This document shows, piece after piece, positions 9,496 to 17,147 of a DNA stretch of 64,000 nt. The position numbers and the translations under genes were made by a program. Below the pieces are notes generated by a model. The model was not told the origin of the DNA and did not search any database. It was given only the letters and a program-made list of their open reading frames with translations. The DNA comes from Bacteroidota bacterium. GTDB taxonomy: Bacteria > Bacteroidota > Ignavibacteria > UBA10030 > SZUA-254. Positions within the stretch are counted from its first letter, which is position 1; the number at the start of each line of letters is the position of its first letter. The stretch is from assembly GCA_020056225.1 (NCBI GenBank), contig JAGVIE010000048.1, positions 101,352 to 165,351 on the forward strand. Direction: 5' to 3'.

Positions 9496-10782
9496 ATGCT
9501 TATAGAATTCTCTGCAGAAAATTTCAGATCACTAAAAGAAAAACAGACCTTGTCGATGCTATCATCGGGGAGGGTTAGTGAACATCCCGAAAATTTGACG
9601 GTAACAAAAGACAATTTCAGATTAAATAAATCTTCTATTATCTACGGAAGGAATGCCTCTGGTAAAACAAATTTACTGAGGGCATTACAAGTTCTTGAAT
9701 ACTTGGTGAGTAGTTCAAGTAATTTTAAATTAAACGATAGGATTTCTCGATATGAACCCTTTAAGCTTGACAAAAAATCATCGGACAAACCAATTAATCT
9801 TGAAATTGATTTCATTGCCAAAGATAATATTCGTTATCATTATTCGGTTTCTTATACGGAAACTGATATTATTAAGGAATCACTATTATTTTATCCCAAG
9901 AAGCAACCGACTAAGTTATTCATCAGAGAAAAAAGCAAGCCAATTGATTTTGGTACTTCTTTAAAGGGTGACAGACGAGGAGTTGAGAAACAATTATTAA
10001 ACAATCAGCTCTTTTTATCCAAAGGAGCTAATAGCAATATTGAGCAATTAAAAACACCATTTCTTTTTTTTGCTAAATATTTCTTTTCAAGAGTATTTCG
10101 AAATACTGATAGCGATGAAAATCTCATTAGTTCCTATACGAAATTTATTGCAGAAAAAAAGGATACAAAACTAAAAGAGAATTTAGATAAGCTAGTTAGA
10201 ATTGCTGATACTGGTATATCATCTATTTTGATAAATCCCGTTCCCACCGACCAAATAAAGCTCCCTGAAAACCTACCTGATGACGTAAAGAAACAAATTT
10301 ATGAACGGTATAAATATGAAATTAAAACGGTTCATAAAGCTTTTGAAGAAGGAAAAACATCGGACGATGTTTTCTTCCAGCTTAAAGATGAATCTATGGG
10401 GACAATAAAATTATTAGCTGTAGGGGGAATCATCCTTGATGCTTTAAGCGATGGCACAGTGTTAATCATTGATGAATTAGATAAAAGCTTACATCCTTTA
10501 TTAACCAGATTACTTATCAAATTATTCCACAACCCTAAAACCAATCCCAATAACGCTCAGTTAATATTTGCTACCCACGATATCTCACTGTTGGATAAGG
10601 AATTATTTAGAAGGGATCAAATTTGGTTTACCGAAAAAGAAACTGATGGAGCTACAAAGTTATATTCATTATCTGATATTAAGGGAGTTAGGAAAGAATT
10701 TTCATATGAAAAATTGTATTTAAGTGGTAGATTCGGCGGTACACCAGTTATCAACGAGCTTGATTTTATATCCAGTTTTTGA
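9496..10782 (+). CDS. ABC/SMC-type AAA ATPase (AAA_21/AAA_15-like), AbiLi-like defence ATPase
   Basis: Walker A GRNASGKTN. Walker B / D-loop VLIIDELDKSLHP. FATHD H-loop. Long helical insert between the motifs. Followed 1 nt later by an RloB gene. Confidence 0.75.
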   Translation: MLIEFSAENFRSLKEKQTLSMLSSGRVSEHPENLTVTKDNFRLNKSSIIYGRNASGKTNLLRALQVLEYLVSSSSNFKLNDRISRYEPFKLDKKSSDKPINLEIDFIAKDNIRYHYSVSYTETDIIKESLLFYPKKQPTKLFIREKSKPIDFGTSLKGDRRGVEKQLLNNQLFLSKGANSNIEQLKTPFLFFAKYFFSRVFRNTDSDENLISSYTKFIAEKKDTKLKENLDKLVRIADTGISSILINPVPTDQIKLPENLPDDVKKQIYERYKYEIKTVHKAFEEGKTSDDVFFQLKDESMGTIKLLAVGGIILDALSDGTVLIIDELDKSLHPLLTRLLIKLFHNPKTNPNNAQLIFATHDISLLDKELFRRDQIWFTEKETDGATKLYSLSDIKGVRKEFSYEKLYLSGRFGGTPVINELDFISSF

Positions 10783-10783
10783 T

Positions 10784-11401
10784 ATGACCCGCCGACTTCG
10801 ACAAGACAAAAATATATATCTTAGGAAAAGAGGACTGATACTTTGTGAAGGAAAAACAGAACAAAGTTACTTTAATGGGATAAAACATGACGAGATAATT
10901 AGAAGACATCTAGCTGCGGTCGATATCACTATCTATCAACCCTCAAATTATTCACCACTCGGTCTTGTGAAGGAAGCGAAAGAAAGAATTAAACAAGCTA
11001 AAAGGGAGAGAAATCCCTACGAATTTGTTTGGGTAGTCTTTGATAGGAATGGACATCAAAATATTCCGCAAGCATTTAATATGGCATCTTCTAACAATAT
11101 TAACATCGCCTTTTCTGTAATCTGTTTTGAATATTGGCTTCTCTTACATTTTACGCGATCACTAAAATCTTATACGAAATGTGATGAATTAATAAGCAAT
11201 CTGAAAAGCCATTATCCTGATTATGAAAAAATATATGATCATTATGTAAGTTTAAAAGACAAAACTTCAACTGCATTGGAAAACGGAGCTTGGGCAATAG
11301 AGCAAAATCAAAATGACATTAATAGAGGTACGAAATTGTATGAATTGAGTGCATATACCGATGTGCACTTACTTGTTTCACAATTACTCAGTTTAAGATG
11401 A
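10784..11401 (+). CDS. RloB-like protein (AbiLii-like predicted nuclease partner)
   Basis: LILCEGKTEQSYFNGI, VWVVFDRNGHQN and FSVICFEYWLLLHF match the RloB family pattern as I recall it. The ATG at 10784 starts 1 nt after the ATPase stop; the ORF-track start at 10724 is probably too early. Confidence 0.7.
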   Translation: MTRRLRQDKNIYLRKRGLILCEGKTEQSYFNGIKHDEIIRRHLAAVDITIYQPSNYSPLGLVKEAKERIKQAKRERNPYEFVWVVFDRNGHQNIPQAFNMASSNNINIAFSVICFEYWLLLHFTRSLKSYTKCDELISNLKSHYPDYEKIYDHYVSLKDKTSTALENGAWAIEQNQNDINRGTKLYELSAYTDVHLLVSQLLSLR

Positions 11402-11412
11402 CTATCTTACTA

Positions 11413-11526
11413 TTAAAACGAAACACCTCTTTCCCTAATGCCATCCATGAACCTCCAATCCGAAATCCTAACTGTCGTTTCCATCTCCAGACTCTTTAGT
11501 CCCAATAGCCACTCTTCATTATCCAA
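11413..11526 (-). pseudogene. Possible 37-codon stub of an AbiEii-type toxin gene
   Basis: Hand translation from a TTG overlapping the AbiEi stop: (L)DNEEWLLGLKSLEMETTVRISDWRFMDGIRERGVSF*. It sits where AbiEii normally lies, and the N-terminal 'EW..L' motif is common in that family. Confidence 0.25.
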
Positions 11527-12118
11527 CGATCGCCTTCACATACGGCATCATTATCGTTTTCACCTGACAAACCTCTGTATATTTACGAAGCTTGTTGATA
11601 TTCGATTCTTTTAGCTTGAGGTAGTTTTTCAGTCCCTCAAGTGCAATGTCCACTCCAAGTTTATTACGATAACGGAACATGTCGCAGACAGTTTTTTCTT
11701 TATTGTAGATTCGCACTTCGCTTCCACCTTTTTTCATTCGTAGAATTCCCGGCGTATAAAATCGATCGCGGAAATAATAAAATTTAACCGGAGGATAGAT
11801 GATCTTATGAGGTTTCCAAGAATTTGGAATTGCAACAAGAACTTCGGAAGGATTAAACGTGGTCAGTCCGTAAAAGGAAAGTGCAGAAGAAAGGCACACA
11901 ATTCCCTGAGGAATAGCGTTACACACATCAACAAGCGATCTATTAATACTTTGATCATAATCAAAATTGACCAGTTTATAAAGACCCGGTTTTACCTTTT
12001 CAATAATCCCCTTTTCAAGGAGGTTAGCTATATCGCGTGGATGGAAAGATTGATTCTTTAGGTCCTTCATCCGAGCATAACCGTGATTTGAATTGAAATA
12101 TTTAATGATTTTATCCAT
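11519..12118 (-). CDS. Type IV toxin-antitoxin AbiEi-family antitoxin (winged-helix N-domain)
   Basis: MDKIIKYFNSNHGYARMKDLKNQSFHPRDIANLLEKGIIEKVKPGLYKL is the typical AbiEi_4 N-terminus. 199 aa is the usual length. Confidence 0.7.
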   Translation of the reverse strand: MDKIIKYFNSNHGYARMKDLKNQSFHPRDIANLLEKGIIEKVKPGLYKLVNFDYDQSINRSLVDVCNAIPQGIVCLSSALSFYGLTTFNPSEVLVAIPNSWKPHKIIYPPVKFYYFRDRFYTPGILRMKKGGSEVRIYNKEKTVCDMFRYRNKLGVDIALEGLKNYLKLKESNINKLRKYTEVCQVKTIMMPYVKAIVG

Positions 12119-12270
12119 ATAATACGCCTTGGTTCTTTTTCTCTGTCAATGAAGTATATTGACAGAAGTTTAGAACCAATATAATATTATTTCCCCAAAA
12201 ATCAAATACGACTTCAATCTTACAGAACAGATTTGAATATTCTCCAAAATCTTGTTAATTTTCTTCACTT

Positions 12271-12783
12271 ATGAATCTCCAAACCGAAATCCTCAAAGAA
12301 CACTCGAAGCGGCAGGTTGTGAAGATTGCCGGGTGGATCGGCAGCGACCGGAAGCGCTTCAAACAATTGATAGAGCTTTTCCTCAATGGTGAGCCGATAG
12401 TTTCCCAACGCTCTGCATGGACAGTAGGATATTGCGGCGAGAAATATCCTACTCTCATCACACCTTGGCTTCCGGTTATGCTGAAGAAAATGCAGGAGGA
12501 AAATGTTCATTGCGCCGTAAAGCGAAACGTAACGCGCATGCTTCAATATATTGAAATCCCCCGAAAATATCTTGGTGAAGTAGTAACCGTTTGTTTCAAC
12601 GAGCTTGCCGATCCGGGCAGTCCAATTGCTGTCAGAGCATACTCGATGTATGTGCTGGCGAAAGTTGCAAAAGATGAACCCGGAATCATAAACGAGCTGC
12701 GATTAACAATCGAGCAGATGCTTCCACATGCTACTGCAGGTCTCCGCGCTTGCAGCAGGAAGGCTTTGAAACAACTAAAATAA
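12271..12783 (+). CDS. HEAT-like helical repeat protein, possibly DNA-alkylation-repair (AlkD-like) superfamily
   Basis: All-helical 170 aa. N-terminal ILKEHSKRQVVKIAGWIGSDRKRFKQLIELFL resembles short AlkD-like proteins. Weak recollection. Confidence 0.35.
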   Translation: MNLQTEILKEHSKRQVVKIAGWIGSDRKRFKQLIELFLNGEPIVSQRSAWTVGYCGEKYPTLITPWLPVMLKKMQEENVHCAVKRNVTRMLQYIEIPRKYLGEVVTVCFNELADPGSPIAVRAYSMYVLAKVAKDEPGIINELRLTIEQMLPHATAGLRACSRKALKQLK

Positions 12784-12868
12784 TTTATAAGATATTGGGT
12801 AGTTGTTTTGTCAACCCAAGATGCATAATGTTGTCTAATTATAAGAATCTCAAATATTCAGGAAAGAT

Positions 12869-14272
12869 ATGAAATCTAAATTGATGGTAATCTTCTTTGT
12901 TCTCTTTGTATCGGCAAACTATGCGTTCACCCAGCAGGTACAAACCGGCAAATCCAATGATCTTGTAGAAAAATATATAACAGCTTTCAACGGCGGTGAA
13001 GAAACGATGCGAGCGTTTTTAACGGAAAATATCTCCCAAGCTTCACTTGAACAGCGTCCGGTCGAAGCAAGATTATCCATGTATAGGCAGATGCACGCAA
13101 ATATGGAAGAGCTTACGTTAAAACAAATTCAGGGAGCCACAGCCGCTTCTATTTCAGCTCTGATGCATACCAAAAAAGACGAATGGTTTTTATTCACGTT
13201 CGAGCTTGAGCCGGAGCCGCCGCATAAAATCGTCGGCATACGCATTGAGGATACCGATGCGCCGGAATCTGCCTATGCAACTAAAACTACAGAGATCGAA
13301 GCGTTAAAAACGATCGTTCAACTTCTCAGCGAACAATCGAAGAATGATCTGTTCTCCGGTTCGGTTCTGATTGCCGCAAAAAATAAACCGATTTTGAAAA
13401 GGTCGTTTGGGATGGCAAATAAAGAGTTTAAGTTTAAAAATACTCCTGAGACTAAATTCAATCTCGGCTCAATTAATAAAATCTTTACTCAGATTGCAAT
13501 AGGTCAGCTTTATGAACAGGGAAAATTATCTTTCAATGATCCGATTATCAAATTTCTTCCCGACTATCCCAACAAAACAGCTGCAGAGAAGGTAACAATC
13601 CGGCATCTGCTCGATATGTCGTCAGGTGTCGGAGATTTCTTCGGTGAGAAATTCGAGAGCACGCCGAAAGATCGTTTCCGCGCTATCGGTGATTTCCTGC
13701 CGATGTTTGCAGGTGACTCATTAAAGTTCGAGCCAGGAACACAGCGGCAATACTCTAACGGCGGATTTATTGTCTTAGGTGCGATCATCGAAAAAGCATC
13801 CGGACAAAGTTACTACGATTACGTCAAAGAGCACATCTTCAAATGTGCAGGCATGTCGAATACAGATTCGTACGAGGCGGATATCCCAGTTCCCAATCTC
13901 GCTGAAGGATATACTCGAGCCAGTTCAAATCAACCGTGGCGAAAAAATATTTATACCAGACCGGCACGGGGTAGCTCGGCAGGCGGCGGTTACTCGACAG
14001 TGGAAGGCTTGTTAAAGTTTACCATCGCTCTTGAAAGAAAAATGTTTTTCAAGAATGCCGAAACGTGGAATACATTACGAAACCAACCTAGCGGGCAAGG
14101 GAATCAACAACCAGGGGGAATGGGAATTTTCGGCGGCGCGCCGGGGATCAACTCAGGAATTGAGACAAACATCGGAAATGGATATACTGCAATAGTCATG
14201 TCAAATTACGATCCACCAGCCGCAGAAAATATTCTGAAGAAAATACGAGGGATACTCAAAAGAGTAAAATAA
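12869..14272 (+). CDS. Secreted serine hydrolase, beta-lactamase/transpeptidase-like family
   Basis: Signal peptide. SxxK motif (SINK in LGSINKIFTQ), YxN motif (YSNGGF), about 130-aa N-terminal extra domain. Confidence 0.75.
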   Translation: MKSKLMVIFFVLFVSANYAFTQQVQTGKSNDLVEKYITAFNGGEETMRAFLTENISQASLEQRPVEARLSMYRQMHANMEELTLKQIQGATAASISALMHTKKDEWFLFTFELEPEPPHKIVGIRIEDTDAPESAYATKTTEIEALKTIVQLLSEQSKNDLFSGSVLIAAKNKPILKRSFGMANKEFKFKNTPETKFNLGSINKIFTQIAIGQLYEQGKLSFNDPIIKFLPDYPNKTAAEKVTIRHLLDMSSGVGDFFGEKFESTPKDRFRAIGDFLPMFAGDSLKFEPGTQRQYSNGGFIVLGAIIEKASGQSYYDYVKEHIFKCAGMSNTDSYEADIPVPNLAEGYTRASSNQPWRKNIYTRPARGSSAGGGYSTVEGLLKFTIALERKMFFKNAETWNTLRNQPSGQGNQQPGGMGIFGGAPGINSGIETNIGNGYTAIVMSNYDPPAAENILKKIRGILKRVK

Positions 14273-14426
14273 TCTCAATACACATAAGTCCACCCTGCTA
14301 TTACGCGGACCAATCGGGAATTTCCATCCAATTAGGCATTATCTCTATTCTCAGTGTCAAGAATTCTGTTCTTTGAGCAAAACTGACTCCATCCTTAAAC
14401 ATTCCTATATCTCTTCATGTTTCCCA

Positions 14427-14455
14427 TTGATTTTCATACCGTCATTCCTTATTTT
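14427..14455 (+). promoter_or_regulatory. Candidate promoter TTGATT-17-TATTTT (member of the TTGATTTTCAT motif group)
   Basis: TTGATT 14427-14432, 17-nt spacer, TATTTT 14450-14455, about 70 nt before the 14525 start. Confidence 0.4.
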
Positions 14456-14524
14456 GTCTTGATTAATATATTTAAAATCAAGCAAGGAGCCATTTATTAC
14501 TCATATTATCTTTCGATATAAACT

Positions 14525-17035
14525 ATGATAAATCCGCTGAAGAAAATGCGCCCAGGCACGATACGTATTTTGTATTCAAGCCTTTCCGTGATTGTGCTTG
14601 TGTTGTGTGTAATGAATTTCATGTCTGTTATGGTCTACAATGTTCAAGGAAGTGATGAATGCGGATGGCGCCAAAGGGAGGTGGGTAAACAAGGCTTGCT
14701 CATCTCTGATGTTATTCCCGAGGGTGTTGCCGATAAGGCGGGAATTAAAAACGGTGATATTCTTTTGAAAGTAAATGGATTTCAGTTTGATAATGCCAAC
14801 CGGGCGCAAAGAATTATCGATTCAATCAGAACAATCGGCAAAGTTGTATACACGATTGAACGCAATGAAAAACAATTTGAGACTGAAATAGAGATTGTGA
14901 AGAATTTCGATGTTTTTTTCATTTCAGTATTTTCATTAGGATTCGGTTTCCTTATCGTTGGCTTCATTGTTGTAATGACTAAACCTCAGGGAGAGACTCA
15001 GCAGTTATTCGGCGGCTTCAGTCTTTGGACTATGTTTTTCTTCGGTTTGTTTAATACACGTCTTGATCTTCAGCATTTTGCTCAATGGCAAATTTTTGCT
15101 GTACGTTCAGGGTTGTTCACAGCTCTTATTTTTTCACCAGCAGTTTTCGTTCGATTCTTTCTCTATTTCCCTGTTCGGAAGCAGGCATTTGATAATAAAT
15201 GGGTAACGTTATCGCTTTATACGGCAAGTATTATTAATACGCTTACAATTCTTTTCAGGCAGCAACTTGTTTTGCCACCGTTCGTGGGGGTTCTCAATTC
15301 ATTATTATTAATCGGATCATTCACAACCGGTCTCGGTATTTTTATACACTCCTATTATAGTTGTGTAGAACAATCGCGCAAGAAACAATTAAAGCCTATT
15401 TTAATCGGGTCTGCGTTAGGACTTGCAGCATTTACATACATATTTGTTGTACTGCTCATTAAGCCATTTCTATTTCTTCAGCCGATATTTTTATTACCCA
15501 TTGCTCTCGTCATCAGTATGCCGCTCGCGTTTGGATATAGCATTTTCCGGTACCGGTTGATGGATATCGATCTGATTATCAAGCGAAGTCTGATTTACGG
15601 CGTTATTACAGCCGCTCTTGCCGCGATATACTTGCTGATTGTTTTTGGAATAGGGAACCTGCTTTCTTATTTCCTTGGCATGGAAAATAATCAATTAATG
15701 AATGCGGTCGCGTTCATCTCAATTGCACTCGTGTTCGATCCGATAAAGAGAAGAACACAGGACTGGATTGACAGAAGTTTTTATCAGGAACGGTACAACT
15801 ATCAAAAAGCTCTTCTCGAATTCAGCCAGGAACTTCCCCGATTGATGAATTTGGATCAGATTCTTGATTCTATGGCGAACCGTATTTCAGTAACTATGCA
15901 CGTTGAAAAAATTGCTATCGTATTATGTGACGAGAAAGAAGGTTGTTATTCTTTAACGAAAAACATCCCAAAGCATTATTCGGATTTCGTTCAACAGAAA
16001 AACGGATTGATAGGATTGCTTCAGGAAACGAAGAAGCCTCTTTCTCTCGCATTGTTGGATGTGGAACCCGATTCAGTTCCTTTGATTCAATCAGATAAAG
16101 AAAAGATACTCAATTCCGGAATCGTTCTCTCTGTCCCTATGTTCATCCAGGACAGGTTGGTGGGAACGATCAATGTGGGTCCGAAATTGTCGGGTAAGAT
16201 TTATTCTCAAGAGGATATCGATCTTCTTTCTACAGTTGCAAGCCAAGCGGCTATTGCTATTGAAAATGCCCGCCTGCATAAGAGCGAGATTGAAAAGCAG
16301 AAAATGGAAGAGCAATTAGAAATTGCCAGAAATATCCAACAAAGTTTGCTCCCAAAGTCAAGTCCTACATTTGAACTGCTGGATATCGCAGGTATTTCAA
16401 TTCCCGCCCTCACTGTAGGAGGTGATTACTTTGATTACATTCAGCTCAGTCCGAATAAACTTTTAGTAGTCGTTGCCGATGTATCTGGAAAAGGAATGTC
16501 GGCGGCGCTTTACATGTCGAAAATCCAAGGGATGATTCAATTAGCATCGCACATATATCAAACACCCCGTGACATGCTCATCCACGTTAATCGTCGTCTC
16601 TATGACGGTATCGAACGGAAGTCATTCATTACCATGGTTCTCGCTTTGTTTGATTTGGAAAACAACACAGTACAAATCTGTCGCGCTGGGCATAACAAGG
16701 CAATCATCAGCACAAATAATAATCTTGAGCACCTCAATTCACGAGGAATCGGACTTGGACTAGAGCGTGGTCCAATTTTCGAAGAAAGTCTCGAAGAAGT
16801 TCAACGCCAACTTCAATCTGATTCTATCTTTTTCTTTTATTCAGATGGACTTTCTGAGGCGATGAACGAACAACAAGAGCAATTTGGAGAAGATACGATC
16901 TGCAATTTAATTAAAGTCAATAAAAAGCTTCCCGCTAAAGAATTACAACGTTCCCTCATCCATTCGGTGCAACAATTTCAAGGGTCTGCCGAGCAACACG
17001 ATGACATTACGTTTGTTGCAGTGAAGTATAATTAG
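14525..17035 (+). CDS. Membrane-bound PDZ - multi-TM - GAF - PP2C (SpoIIE/RsbU-type) phosphatase
   Basis: PDZ-like GLLISDVIPEGVADKAGIKNGDILLKVNG. About 10 hydrophobic helices. GAF-like region. SpoIIE motifs GGDYFDY, VADVSGKGMSAALYMS, DGLSEA, HDDITFVAV. Confidence 0.8.
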   Translation: MINPLKKMRPGTIRILYSSLSVIVLVLCVMNFMSVMVYNVQGSDECGWRQREVGKQGLLISDVIPEGVADKAGIKNGDILLKVNGFQFDNANRAQRIIDSIRTIGKVVYTIERNEKQFETEIEIVKNFDVFFISVFSLGFGFLIVGFIVVMTKPQGETQQLFGGFSLWTMFFFGLFNTRLDLQHFAQWQIFAVRSGLFTALIFSPAVFVRFFLYFPVRKQAFDNKWVTLSLYTASIINTLTILFRQQLVLPPFVGVLNSLLLIGSFTTGLGIFIHSYYSCVEQSRKKQLKPILIGSALGLAAFTYIFVVLLIKPFLFLQPIFLLPIALVISMPLAFGYSIFRYRLMDIDLIIKRSLIYGVITAALAAIYLLIVFGIGNLLSYFLGMENNQLMNAVAFISIALVFDPIKRRTQDWIDRSFYQERYNYQKALLEFSQELPRLMNLDQILDSMANRISVTMHVEKIAIVLCDEKEGCYSLTKNIPKHYSDFVQQKNGLIGLLQETKKPLSLALLDVEPDSVPLIQSDKEKILNSGIVLSVPMFIQDRLVGTINVGPKLSGKIYSQEDIDLLSTVASQAAIAIENARLHKSEIEKQKMEEQLEIARNIQQSLLPKSSPTFELLDIAGISIPALTVGGDYFDYIQLSPNKLLVVVADVSGKGMSAALYMSKIQGMIQLASHIYQTPRDMLIHVNRRLYDGIERKSFITMVLALFDLENNTVQICRAGHNKAIISTNNNLEHLNSRGIGLGLERGPIFEESLEEVQRQLQSDSIFFFYSDGLSEAMNEQQEQFGEDTICNLIKVNKKLPAKELQRSLIHSVQQFQGSAEQHDDITFVAVKYN

Positions 17036-17147
17036 AGTTGGCTATTCGATAAAGGCAGACCTCCCTAAACTGGATAATTCTGACTTTGATATTCAGCCCT
17101 TCTGAGCCTTGTAGCGGTTTAGGAATATTGACAACAAATTATATTTT

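Noticed and set aside
7700-12200. Integrated prophage or integrative element with an integrase and att sites
   Set aside because: No integrase, recombinase, transposase or flanking tRNA/direct repeats could be identified by eye. I describe it only as a compositionally distinct defence islet.
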